Shown here piece after piece: positions 49,186 through 62,284 of a DNA stretch of 64,000 bases. Within the stretch, counting starts at the first letter, position 1; every line of letters starts with the position of its first letter. The stretch is from contig CM060734.1 of NCBI GenBank assembly GCA_030704615.1, positions 40,176,001 to 40,240,000 of the forward strand, in the 5' to 3' direction. This DNA comes from Takakia lepidozioides (Eukaryota > Plantae > Bryophyta). The notes under the pieces were generated by a model that made no database searches, was not told the DNA's origin, and was given only the letters and a program-made list of their open reading frames with translations. Made by a program: the position numbers and the translations under genes.

Positions 49186-51322
49186 GGTACTGAATTGGGT
49201 CTGAGTTGGCACCTTATGGTAGAGGTGAGCTGAGGTACCCCATGCAGTCTGAAACTTTGGTAATAGAAGTCACTACTTGTGGGGTCCTTGGCTACCTCGC
49301 CTTAGCAGTGCATACTGAGCTTATGGAGGAAGGGATGGTGGAGGGAGTTTTGTGACTGCTGGAGACTGGGTGTCTTTTTCACGGTTTGGAATAGTACTTC
49401 AGAGTGTGACATGGGACAGCACAGGAATGGGTTTGTACTATCAATTGTTCTATTAAGGCCATGAGTGGTTCTACATGAGGATGAAAGAGAGAGTGGCTCA
49501 TTTAACCCCTTGATATATGGAACTAAGCCTCGAGTGTCAGGGCTTAAAAGAGCTGTGAGATTCTTGGATTCAAGTTCTCGAGAGGGTGACATGGTTTGTG
49601 TCTGAGACTGATCCTATCATTGTAGAAGAGAGTTTCTATATGGTGTGAAGTGAAGGAGGGACGCAAGGATTATGTGCACAACACACACACATTGTCTGTG
49701 AGATTTTTTTGCAGCTTTGTAATATAGCTGTTCTGCACGGCTGAAGATGGTTGATGCCCAAAGGGTCTTCCACTTCAATACTGTTCTGAGTACCCTCATG
49801 TCTTATGAAGCTATGAATTGAGTTCTTTTCAGTTGTGTTTTATTCTTGTCTTGAGCACACAGTGAGCTACTATTCCTTGTCTGTGCTACCTGTACTTTGC
49901 AATCCCCCTTGGCTAGTGGTTGATTCCTTCCTCTCTTGTTGTCATCCGGCACACCATTCACAATCATGCATGCACTGGGCTTTGTCTTGCCGTGCCATGG
50001 ACCAAAGTGGTGCACCTAGCTCTCATATGCAGATGGTGCTAAACACTGAATTGTCTATAGTTCTCCTAGCCCTTGGTTTGATGCCTAGGTTGATACGCAC
50101 ATCGGGTTCAGTCTATGGCCTTCCCTCTACTCCAAGAGTTGGGGAAGGGAGAAGGTTGCCTTAGTCAAGCTCGTTGCTCGTCACACCAGCGTAAATGCAA
50201 AACTGAAAAGCTGCTTAGACAATGCTGTTTCTCCATTGCTGGATTGAAAGAATCGCCAGCCAAGTACCCCTGGGTGGAAATTGGTTCCAAGGTGAAAGGT
50301 CAAATTCTCCAACCCCACCGCTCAGTTTATGAACGAGTGTACAACCGTGAGAAAGTCGAGGAACCCACTTATCAAGGATGATGGGGTATTCGACTCCAGT
50401 GCAGGGTTTGCCATTCTGGTTGAGTGTTTTGTTTGCAATGGCATAGCAGCTTGCAAGGTATGTGCCGAAACTCTCCAGATGCTGCTTTGGGTTTGCCCAC
50501 CCAGCCCAACCAGCAGCCTTCTGCGGCGGTAAGCCCAATGTCTGCCTTGTCCGCCATCATCAGTTGAGGGTGTCCATCCCAGTCTGGCTCCGAAGAACAC
50601 TAATCTGAGATCAGATTTGTCCATGGATTGCCGCGATATGATATGATTGTTATGCTTTGCTACCTTTGTTTGGCATTCAGTGTGAATACATGTTGATAAT
50701 CTTCAAGACAAGGAAGGACTCACTAGATACATACATGAGTAGACTCGACATATGAATTCATTTCAAGATCCTCGTGTCTCTCCCCCTCTCTCATGGATTT
50801 CGTGTCCTGGGCCAAACGAGGTGCCTGCATGCTTCCGTATCCCAGAAGCAGTCAGCGTGTCATGAAAACGAAGAGGTGTATTTAAACTTCGCAGAGATTA
50901 GAAGGCAAACATGAAGAGGTATAACATTTGAAGAGGCGGAAAGGTGAAGATGAAGACTCAAGAGGTATATTTGAAGTGGCAGGTTTTGAAAGTTCAGTTT
51001 CTGGTCTGGTTGCCAGGTTTCCAGTACGAACTCGTCTCAGCCCCAAAATGGCGAACTATCAAATTCGAGTAAGTTATAACAAGCAGATATGGTGCATAGT
51101 GCAGTCCAACATGGGAACTGCAAGGAGACCCATGATTCTTCTTGCGTGCGTCTTACTTGCTCATGAATCCGAGTTTACTAAATGCATATGACCCTCCACC
51201 GAATTGGCTTTCTTCGGCTCAGATTCTTCAGAGTTGTGTGGGTTCGTCTGTCAATATGCTCAGGCAAACGGTGAGAATTCTTGAAGACAGTGTAGAATGT
51301 TAGCTCTTCGGATCTAGCAGCG

Positions 51323-52250
51323 ATGGAGGAGTTTGCAGGGAATGAGTTGCAAGAGCTCATTCCAGGACTCCCAGACTCACTCGTGTTGGATTATGTGCTG
51401 CCACGGCTGCCCTGGTACACCAGGCCGCGCATGCTGGCTGTGTCCCACGCATGGAATTCTGTCCTTCAAAATCCAGGCGTATATAGTGCTCGCACTCGTG
51501 AATTGCTCCTCCAAGAAGGTTTGATTGTTAGACAAGCAGGATGCCTGCACATGGCACCGGCTTCCCCTCATTTCCGTCGTTCCCAATGCAGGTGAATTTC
51601 TACTTGCCCGTATGAGATTATATGTGTCACGAGGTAGTGATTGTGGGTGAGTGTCACGAACCTGGAGGTGAGGTTTTCACAGTACTGGGAGCAGTGTGCA
51701 TTGTATGTATGCACATAGAATGCACATTGAAACATCTTCCGCGAGGAGGATAATATTCTCGGGGTACTGGGTCTGTTCAACCTCACATATCTAAGTCTTG
51801 TCACAAATCGAATGCCGATCAATGAAGAGATCCTTGTGGCATGCAGCTTTAAATTCCAAGATTGAACTCGTCAGGAACAATGTGATCGCCCTCCCCAGTC
51901 AAACTTTTTGCAATCTCCTGATCGATGTTCCCCCAAGAGCATCCAGACATGGACTACACATTTCTTTGTTTGGACCAGCTATATATGTTTCAAATCACCG
52001 ACATCTTTGTCAACAAGTTTGACTATGATCACAAACAACTGCTCCGAGGACACGAGGAGGTGAAGTTTCCAAGACCACCGATTCAATCCTGTGCTTTGTC
52101 ATGTTTTCACATCAAACTTTCTTGGAATTGATTGTGCTTTAATATTTCTCTGGCCGGAAGGCTGTCTCAGCTTCCCCGCACGATGTACATTTTCATTGGA
52201 ATCTTAACCAAGAAAATTTACATAGACAACTCACGGTCCGAAGTCTGGAG
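51323..52250 (+). pseudogene. F-box/kelch-type gene, probably decayed (3' limit approximate)
   Basis: ELIPGLPDSLVLDYVLPRLPWYTRPRMLAVSHAWNSVL is a typical LIPGLPD F-box; the frame closes after 90 aa and only fragments follow. Confidence 0.65.
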
Positions 52251-52946
52251 GCTGAATGTGCATGAAGTTAAGATGTTGAACCTCCAGTAGAGGCTGAAGG
52301 TAAGTTAGAGGGATTGACTAGAATGTATAATTGTTTCTGGTTGTGACATACATGGATCTACCGTCTATTGGAAGAGTGGAAAAACTTTCCCCTGGTCACG
52401 TTTCAACTGGACATTACAAGGTCCAAGCTCCACTTCTTGACATTAGTGGCTGTAGTCCATGCCAGGCTTCAGGCCTCTTTTGCTGTGGCCCGACTAATCA
52501 TTCCTTGGAATGCAATCCTAATTGCAGCTAACGTAGCAATCAGACTGTGACCTGAAAGCATCCATCTTGTCACCACTTGTTTAAATCCTTAGCTCTTAAG
52601 ATCAATTTAAGTGTCGTAGCCTAAATATTGTCAATGTGGCCAGTCTAGACATATCAAGAGGTCTTTTTGGGCCTTATGGTCCTGTCTGATCTAAGGTGTT
52701 AAAGACGTGCTAGATGCTGTTGCCATTACAATTTGTGAAGGTAATTCTCATTGGCATAAACACATACCAGCCTTACAAGTATACAATTGCAGTATTTGCT
52801 GCACAAGGTCATTCAACAGGAGGATTCCACCATTGTTATTTTTTTTTATTGTGAATGCATATCACATGCAAAATGCATTTATAGCAACTACGCATGAATG
52901 CGTGTGCTAAAGAGAGAAGAAAGTAAGAAAGGCTTGAGAGAGACAA

Positions 52947-53250
52947 TGTACTCATGAGACGTTGTTTGCCGTAGCCATGTTTGGGCCAAGAGCACCACCT
53001 TTGTGAGGCTCACTCCAGTAGCTGGACTTTACCTTGGTTTCCCTTCACACAAGCATGAATCTGCTGTGAGCGAGCTGCCCAGCACTTAGAGCCAGGGCTT
53101 CGGCTCAGCCTCTGATGAGAATACCCTGGACATTGTATCAGAAACTGGGATAGTGTCTTCAGGTCGCCCGCACGTTGGGCATTCACAATCTCCCTTTCGT
53201 GTCTGCATCCGTTCATTGTTCAAAGGTGTCTCCCACCCTGCCAACTTTAA
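52947..53250 (-). mobile_element. 5'-truncated non-LTR retrotransposon 3' end with ORF2 zinc-knuckle remnant
   Basis: Minus strand CECPTCGRPEDTI-(frameshift)-QFLIQCPGYSHQR, then CCTCACAAAGGTGGTGC...GGCTACGGCAAACAACGTCTCATGAGTACA. Confidence 0.6.
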
Positions 53251-54054
53251 ATTTCAGTCCAGTGCGCAGGGTAGGTAGGCCTATCAGATCATCCAACCAT
53301 CTTGTTATTCAGTGAAGTACTTCAAATTGCGTTTGTAAATTCAGAATTAGTGTAGGTAGGTGACCTTGAAGATTCTACTGAGCCAGCTGGGACTAACCTG
53401 GATAAAGAAAAATGTAGAAACATATAATACCGACTTGCATATAAGCTCTTGTATCTGTGAGAAAGTGGGGAAAGTGCTACTGTCAGATTCAGAGAATGGA
53501 AAATGCTGCCTTTCACTGCACTAGTGACTGCCAGAATGTAGAGAAACAAGCTGATACTTATATACAGACATTGGCAACGAGGATTGACACGAAGAAACAG
53601 ACCAAGTGCAATGGACAATTTGCGGACACAAATCACAACTAAACAAGAAAGCAATCCAGCACAACTGCATGGCTTACTTCCATCTGAGAACTAATCCCCC
53701 ACCGCTAAAGCATGGGAACCACACAAGCACGGCTCCATATTGATCCATTGAACTCAGCTGAGGCTTAAACTATCAGTCCCATGCAACAGCCACAACAGCA
53801 GAAGAATCTGAGTAAGATTGAACTTGGAACCCAGCAGAAAATGTAAGCACTGAATTGGAGCCCTGTTTGCAGATAACACTCGCTGCCCTGCAGCAGCTCC
53901 TGAAGTGAAAGGAATTTCAACGAACTCAACCTGTCACATCTTTCATATCATGCAAAGAGTTGCACGCTTCGAATTGCAAATGCCGGGCTGTCGTAGCAAG
54001 CTCCCCTTCTTGTCTCTCTTGTGCAATGGTGGCCGGTCTGCTCGAATGTGGATT

Positions 54055-54470
54055 GACAGGGTGACACGAGCTTGGGTGGGGTTACACTGTTTGGGTTACA
54101 TTGGTGGAGGTATAACGGTCCGGGTGACATGAAGCGGGGTTACATTGGCAGGGTTACATGAGGCTGGGTTACATAGGGTGACACAAGAAGGGGTCGCATG
54201 AGGCGGGGTTATATTGTTTGGGTTACATATGGAGGTTACAGGGGTGAGGTTACATTGTTAGGGTTACATGAGGTGGGGTTACATGGTTCGGGGTTACACG
54301 GCGTGGTGACACGGATGGGTTTACGTGTGTCGGGGTTACAGGGAACTGGTGGACCGGTGTCGTTGGGCGACGACGCGAGCGACAGCGCCGATGGGATGAG
54401 AGAGGGGGGGAGGGTGGGAGGATTTGACCGATCCCTGCCGGCTGGCAGCCGCTGGAGGAAAACCGGCGGT
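54055..54470 (-). repeat. Second copy of the GGGTTACA-motif repeat (inverted relative to 26290-26565)
   Basis: More than a dozen GGGTTACA/GGGTGACA motifs plus the shared unique GC-rich segment. Confidence 0.8.
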
Positions 54471-55695
54471 TTTGGACAGCCTACGCTCTTTGACTCTTTC
54501 TTCTCCGCTGTTTGTTAAATCACACCAACCATATAAATTTCGTATTTAGAAATCGGTAGTTTAGGGTTGACTCTCTGCTCATCATGTGACTCATCTGCTC
54601 TTATACATATATAAGTATACTTATATATTTGATCTTTTGTATCAACGTACAAAAGATCAGTGTTGGAAATGATGGGTTCTCGCACACAAAAAACAAAACT
54701 TTCTACCAACTTTCAACTCAACACTCGGAAGCATCTGTACAGACACTGATCACTTGATTGCTGTTTTACAATCTACAGAGGTAAAGACCTTTCTGATGTC
54801 TTTAGTACAACACCCACGAAGAAGAGGATGCGCTTCGAATTTCATCACTTGACATCCCAGAAGAGGAGGCGGAAGAAAGAAATAACAAGAGGCCATTATT
54901 TCAGTCCTCTGGAATGTGAGCCCCTTGCTCTTTAGAACGTACAAAATTTCGGTTCCCTACACTCACCAAAATTGTACAGGCTTGGGAGGCCATATGATTC
55001 CCAAGTCCCTAAAGCCCTTGTACTGATGTACAAGGGTAGTGTGTATTCTAACGAAAAGCAAAAGCGCAGCGATTGGGAGGTGTGAGGGCTGTGAGGAGAC
55101 TATCACGCTTGTTGGGTTGCCACGATTCCTCAGGGTCTAGACTGAACGCTAGATCTAGATTCGAGGATCTGGACCTCCTCTCTGTGTGCCCTCTCTCCTT
55201 GTGGTTAGCCTGGGTCACAGTTGTTGTCGGGTCCCACCGCTTTTCTTGCAAAACCTGTGCACATAACAGGAAATAGGCTATGAAGTTGAGCTAGCTATAT
55301 GTTATGTATTCAGTGACAAAAGACCGCTAGCTGGCTTCTAACATCCAGGGCGGCCGAGTCCATGGAGATTCTCGGACGGGGTGATGCCGTTGGAGTAGTC
55401 ATTGCAAAGCCACACAAAAGTAGTGCTTAATTAATACTGTGCTCTTGATGTTGGTATGTAACACCTGCCACAGCTTGAATATGGAAGATTAGATCAGGTT
55501 TCACCTGGAGCAGAGTCACCGTCTTTGACTGCGGTCTCCCTCTAGGTGGATACTCGGTGGATAGCAGGTGGATGGCTTCCCGCAAGTTGGAGAACACATG
55601 TGGGCGGACGCGCATCGACTACAAAGCATTGGGTTGTTTTTCAATAGGAGTGGAAAGATCTGTGACGACATGGAACGCCTTCTCTATTCATTACC

Positions 55696-58070
55696 ATGCA
55701 GCACAGGGACCCCTCTATGACCAGCCTGTGCTGCTTGGAAAAGGGAGACGTGACATCAAACCACTCGGGGGGTAACGAAGCAGATCATGATTCTTCATCG
55801 GCCTTCGTTTCTTTACATGATACTCGGATCGAAGCTAGTGATCATAACTCAGAGAAAGTGCCATCAACTTGCACACCACCGCCTTCGAATGAATCTTTTG
55901 TGTCACATTCTATTCTTGCTGAGAATGCCAGGATCAACGATACTGATTCTTCAAGCGTTCAAATATCACTTGCTTCGGAGAGGTTAGACACGGCTGAAAA
56001 TGAGAGCTACAAATGGTCTTCACAATCAACTACGAGCCAAATTGAACCTGGAAGAGTTATAGTAGACCCGGATGCCAGAAATTCCTCAGAGTTGAGCAGC
56101 TCTTCCCACTGCGGAAGTGATCTAGATTTCCAGAATCATGCCCCCGGCATTGCAAAGAGGTTCGCTTTCGAATACATTCAACCTCTTGCCAATGATATTC
56201 CAGACGGCAATGGTGCTGGGGATGAGGATATGTCAGTTAGGATCAGCATCAACACAAGAGGTATCAAGTGCGGGACCCAGAGACTCAGCTGTTCTCAACC
56301 TGCATCACCTGTGGCAGCCAAGAGTTATGACAATATAACTTCTCTACCGTCAGTTTTTTCAGGGCCATTGCCTCATATCCACCCTGTCACTCCTACTTCA
56401 GGTAGCACTGACCTAGATATGCAACCCCCAATGCAGCTCGCAACAGGAGGGGGAACTATCGTCTTTTTAGGACATGGTCCACCTCAAAGATTAGTCCTGG
56501 CACAACCGTCGAAAGACACGACCAAGAGGGAAACTTTGGGGAAAGGCTGTCTTCGCAGGAGATTCTGGAAATAGATGCAGCCCCAGCAGTGAGCGCAGGC
56601 CGATATTTGATGCTCTTAAAGGGCCAGAGTTCGAAATCCCCAAGGTATGCTCTCTCTTCAATAGACAAAAGCTGTACATCCGTGCGATGTACGCATGTAT
56701 GCACGACATGTTACAACTGTAAGTTAGACAGATCTATGTTCTCAAGCATATACGTTACTTCTGTGGCATTCATCGTTGTGCTGGATAGGAGTTACTGTAA
56801 TCATAACCTATGAACAGCTTTGTGGTATCGCCCGCTTTGTGGCGCACCTTGGCGGGACGAGTGTAACGAAACGGGAACATGATCTCGATCACTAATCATC
56901 ATATCGAGCCCGGCAGCGAGGTAGATTGATGAGCATAGATCAGTCATGCTCGGCGTGTTCAGCATAGAGTGTTCAGTGCTCAGTGTCGGATTTTGTTCTC
57001 AAGAGTTTGACACTTTTTCTTATCTTGCAAGGCCAGGAATCAGAGGATTCATTGCTACCAAGCGATGAGCTATGGCCGTTCCTGCTACGCTTTCCAATTG
57101 GGGTTTTCCGTATAAGCCTGGGCCTCAGCTGCCAAAGCATTTTGTGGAAAGACCTTCATGAAGTTCCTTGCATGAATTTCATGCACATTTCTCCCACTGT
57201 CCACGTGGTCATCTGGTGGATAGCCCTGGCAACGGTTTGTCTAATTTCCTGTACTTACACACTCAAATGCATTGTCTACTTCGAAGCCGTGAGGCGAGAG
57301 TTCTACCATCCTGTCCGAGTCAACTATTTCTTCACCCCTTGGATAGTTGGGTTGTTTCTGGCGCAAAGTGTGCCGTCTAGTATCACCAGAGCTATTCATC
57401 CATGGTTATGGTGTTTATTGATGGCTCCGATTATAGCCCTGGAGCTCAAACTCTACGGCCAGTGGCTGTCTAGGGGAGAGAGACGACTCTCTAAAGTGGC
57501 CAATCCTTCAACACACTTGTCAGTGGTGGGTAACTTTGTGGGTGCTAAAGTTGCGGCCATTGTGGGTTGGAAGGAGGTGGCAGTTCTATTCTGGGCTGTG
57601 GGGCTCGCGCACTATTTGGTACTGTTTGTTACGTTGTACCAAAAGGCTTCCTACCAACGTGGCACTAGCATCCCGTGTGTCTGGTCAGCAATTTGACAGC
57701 CTCTCAAACATCTTCTTCTTCCTCTCTCTCTTCTTATACAGCTCTTTGGTAAGGCTTGATCACAGAGTACTGGCCGGATTCAAATAGACCTCTCTTTAAT
57801 GCATACATGCAGTGGCTGCTTTCCCTTTGTCTGTCCAGAGTGATTTTCATTTTGTCAGCAGCCGAGACCAGACCAGCACAAATAGCTGGAAACTCTTCTA
57901 AACCTTCAAACAGAAGCGAGGGTGCAGTGACATGACGTGTTAGTCTCCAGGAGCCAAACTTATTATGTACTTAGACTACAGGTTGTGGATGCACACGCGA
58001 ACATTGTATATAAGAGTTTCCTGTTATGTCTGGTGCAGGTGCTGCGTTTCAACTTTTTCCGGGGGTTCAG
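55696..58070 (+). pseudogene. SLAH: Second SLAC1/SLAH channel gene, pseudogenised; exons ~55696-56644, 57037-57748, 58039-58070; last exon not found
   Basis: NYRLFRTWST, AVSAGRY(F)DALKGPEFEIPK, WPFLLRFPIG, EAVRREFYHPVRVNYFF, RRLSKVANPSTHLSVVGNFVGA. Frameshifts near 56450, 56607 and 57642; PKELHPVFFLFVAAPS is deleted. Confidence 0.9.
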
Positions 58071-58439
58071 GTACGCTTTGCACTCAGTTCGGCTCTCATT
58101 TCCCTAGATCCCGCCTCCTATGCTGTAGATCCTTTGAGGTTATAGATGTGATTTAAACCAACACTCAACTTCCAAGAGAAGGATAGCACTTGTGTATTGT
58201 GTGAGAAATGTGACAAGGATTTTTATGCTAGTTTGTTGTGTAGTTGAAAGTCAGATGTGGCGGTCGCTGGTGTAAACATGCAGCTTCAAATGCTCATGTC
58301 CATTTCACCGTCCAGCTCACAAGCAATAAGGCCAGTGAGGACTTGCGGGACTGGAAGATCACATGTCGATTTAGGTAGTCCCAGCAAGCATCACACGGTA
58401 TCCATTGCCTGATCCAAGATAATGCATTTGTCTCTATTT

Positions 58440-58650
58440 TACCAGGATCGTAGTGGACCTGGCCTCCTGTGGGATGCTCAGTTGCAGCAGTTAGTGGAGC
58501 CTAATGCTGATGAGCGTGAGCAGACAATGGGTTTTACCACTAGTACCACGACGGTGCCGTCTCTTTCTGAGGCATCACGTCGTCAGGTATTGGGGCAAGC
58601 AATGGATCTCAATTGCTTGATCTGGATTATCAGCTTGGCTATGGCTGAGC
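58440..58650 (+). pseudogene. C-terminal fragment (motifs IX-X) of a DNMT3/DRM-like cytosine-5 methyltransferase within the Ty3 element
   Basis: EPNADEREQTMGFTTSTTTVPSLSEASRRQVLGQAMDLNCLIWI is colinear, without gaps, with the DNMT3/DRM pattern E-x-E-x3-GF-x4-T...S-x3-R-x3-LG. Confidence 0.75.
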
Positions 58651-61600
58651 AACGCGAGTGCGGAGTTCACTTCCCTCGATGGTCTCTCTGCCTACCGAGA
58701 CGGTACAGGCAGTGAGTGGGGGCGAGCATGAAAGGACCACGGGGTGCAGGCATCCATGGCACACGTGGGAGGCGCTCGAGGTTCAGAGGGAGTTGGCAGG
58801 CAGGGCGGCGGTGATGGATGAGGTTGGGGATTTTTCTCGGGTTGAGGAAGTCCTCGAGGATGAGATGATGGGGCAAGATGAGGCCTTGTCATTGACTGAG
58901 CAGGCAGGGAGTACTGCTCAAGAGGTTGCAACATAGCAACCACTGGACGCGTCCTCTACCTCTAAGCCCACTGGACTTAAGGTTGCAGTTACGGAGGACA
59001 ATTGGAAGCCTGACATTGGACCCATTGTCACCGGAGGAGAGAGACGACGTATACGGCGGTTTCTGAGGGCTTACAGGAATTGCTTTGCCTTCAGCTTGAA
59101 GGACTTGGGAGCACTGAAGGGTCAAGAGATTCGTTCCTATAGATACAGTGACATGGAGAGGTCTTTGATTCAGATGAGGACTCAAGATCTCTGGGAGGCT
59201 GGTTTGGTGGAGCTCTCTGGTGGAGAGTATGCTTCAGCCACAGTGATGTCAGCCAAGAAAGATGTCTATGGCAATTGGACGGAGAGACATATGTGCGGTG
59301 ATTACCAACCTGTAAATCGTCAGACCAAGTCCGATAAGTATGCCATGCCAACACCAGAGGAGATCTTTGATGCCATCGGGCATGCTAAGATCTTTAGCAC
59401 TTTGGATTTACGATCCGGATATCACCAGTTGCCAATCAAGGAGGCGGACAAGCAGAAGACGACATTCTGGGGGATCAATGAGCACGGCAAGGATTGCCTA
59501 TATCAGTGGCGGTTCTTACAATTTGGGCTTAAGAATGCTCCTGCAGAGTTTCAGAGAGTCATGGATAGGATTCTAGCAGGGGTGAACTTTGTTTGGTGCT
59601 ATATAGATGACATTATCATCTTTAGTGCTACGGTGGAGGAGCATAAGAGACACCTTCAGGTGATATTGGAGCGCTTGAGAGCGCACGGATTGAAGTTGCA
59701 TCCGGGGAAGTGAAAGTTTTTCCACACCCAGATTGAGTATCTGGGTCACATGATATATCTTGGAGGATTGGGGGTACAGCAGACTAAGGTAGAGGCCATT
59801 GCACAAATTCCACGCCCCACGGATGTGAGCCGAGTTCGAGCTTTCATGGGGTTGACAAATTATTATAGACGGTTTGTCAAGGGATTTAGTGCCATTGTAA
59901 AGGCTCTAACCAAGCTGACCAAGGTGGACCAGGAGTGGCAGTTAGAAGATGAGCAGGAACGAGCTTTTCAAGAGCTCAAGGCGAGGTTGACCTCGGCGCC
60001 TATCCTGAGACGACCTATCAGGGGGCGTCCCTTTCAGCTGGATTGGAGCATGCTGGGGCTTGGAGCGGTGCTCACACAAGTGGATGATGAGGGAAGAGAG
60101 TTCGTAGTGGCTTATGCTAGCCGCTCGAACAACGCTGCAGAGGCTAAGTACAGCTCATATCAGGGAGAGTGCTGCAGTGTGGGCCGTGACACACTTCAGG
60201 TACTATCTATACGCCAATCTCTTCACCCTTGTCACGGATCACCAGCCACTCAAGTGGTTGATGGAGTCAGACAAGCTTACGGGGAATCTTGCACGGTGGG
60301 CACTCATACTCCAGGAGTATGACTTTCAGATTGTGCATCGACCGAGTTTGGTCAATCAAGATGCAGATGGATTGAGTCGCAATCCATGCACGAGCTAGCA
60401 GGATGACACTGGAGCTCGGTGGCATGGTGAGACGGACGAGGAGATGGTGTCGGGATGACATGCATCTGCCTTTTTGTGTATCTTGGCATCGGGAGGTCAG
60501 GTTGGACCTACAACAAGGATGACTGTAGACGGAGTGTTTGAGGACCCTGAGGCTAGTGATGAGCCAGGTGGTACCCGAGATATACATGAGGATTTGGCTG
60601 TGTTGGACTACCTCCGTATTGGAGACACGGCAGCCACTGTGACTGCCAAGGAGATGGATCGGATCCTGCAACGAGCCAAGAGGTTCAAGTGGGAGGGGAT
60701 ACACCTGCTCCGAGTATGGGAGGATGGTCGGGTGAGGATTGTGCCTCACCCCACACAGCGTGCACGGTTAGTGCGGCATGCCCATGAGGAGTTGAGGCAT
60801 TTTGGAGTGTGACGCACTCACAGTTTACTGCAGGGGCAGTATTGGTGGCGTGGAATGCATACAGAGGTGCAACAGTTCGTGGCTAGGTGCATGGTGTGTG
60901 ACAGGGTGCGTGCTTCATTCAACGCCCCTACACCACAGTTGCATCCTTTACCAATCATGGGGTTGGGCTACAGGTAGAGTCTTGACTTTGCAAGACCGTT
61001 GCCACTGACTATGCGTCACCACAGATATGTGTTGGTGATGGTGGAGCACTTCTCCAAGTGGATTGAGTTGGTTCCATTGCTTGACAAGGCTAGTGAGGGG
61101 GCTGCGTATGCATTCTTGGATCGTGTGCTTAGCCGATTCGGTGCTCCAGCTGAGGTACTCACGGACCAAGGGAGAGAGTTCTTGGGGGAGTTTCAGGCTT
61201 TGTGTGATAAAGCCTTGATAGACCACCGCACCACTTCTCGGGATGATCCTGAGGCCGATGGCTTGGCAAAGAAAGTTGTTCAGACGGTGAAGAGGGGTTT
61301 GCACAAGTATGGCTTGTAGAAGGGACACCTAGGAGATTGGGATCTTCAAGTGCCTTGGTTAGCCATGGGCTACAGGTTCAGCAAACAAACATCACTTGCC
61401 TTCTTCTCACCATATTTCCTTCTCTTTGGCCGAGAGCTGGATTTGCCTGCAGCTATACGTAGGGACACTGCTCAAGTCCTTAACCTTGACGATCCGGACG
61501 TGTGGGTACGTGCATGTAGTCAGCGTGCAGAGTTATTCAAGAAAATCATGCCCATGGTTTTTGAGAACCTTGCCATTGCACAGCACCGTGATACGTTGAG

Positions 61601-61880
61601 GTATGCCACTATACGTGGTGGAGGATATCATCCTGGCGTTCGGAGGTTTAGCCCTGGTGACTATGTTTATTTGCAGCAGACTGCTCCTACGACCCTGGAT
61701 GTTACTGCAGGGCGTGTTATTCTGAGGGTTCGAGAGGTGTTGCCCTCAGGAGTCCTGATCTTGGAGGGTCGGGATGGCATGACTTGGAAAGACCATGTGC
61801 GTAATTGTGCGTCATGTCACCTTCTCAATGTCGATGGCAGACTTGACCCAAACTTGGCAGTGGTACCTGCAGGTTTGAGG

Positions 61881-62015
61881 TGCATGCTCTGTGGGTCTGC
61901 CAAAGGGGCAGCCACCATGCTGGTGTGTGATCGATATTCAAGAGGTTGGCATATGGGATACTTGACACCACCTCTTGAGAGGGTTCCTGATGGAGATTGG
62001 TTATATCCACACTGC
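61881..62015 (+). other. Degenerate PHD finger at the integrase C-terminus
   Basis: CMLC-x8-MLVCDRY-x3-WHMGYLTPPLERVPDGDWLYPHC: C4HC3 spacing with three Cys codons changed to Tyr. Confidence 0.88.
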
Positions 62016-62284
62016 TTGGGATAGTGGCAGTGGACATGACTAGAGGCAGCTAACAAGACATGGGAGGCCAAGCTCATAGGAGTCAATACACGAGATCCCA
62101 GGCTCAAGTTCACAGGTTGCAAGACGACGACTAACGATGGGGCAACTCTTGCACCCGGCCTCTTGATCTATCGAGTTTGAGTGTAGTAGGGACAGTGGTG
62201 GAGGACTTAGTGAGGCTATGGTAACTATCACATCTTGTGGCTACCTGAACTTAGAGGGACCTAAGCACCAGCTAGGGGGGCGAT

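Noticed and set aside
50215-50624. Overlapping minus-strand ORFs resembling a frameshifted gene
   Set aside because: No identifiable homology from sequence alone.
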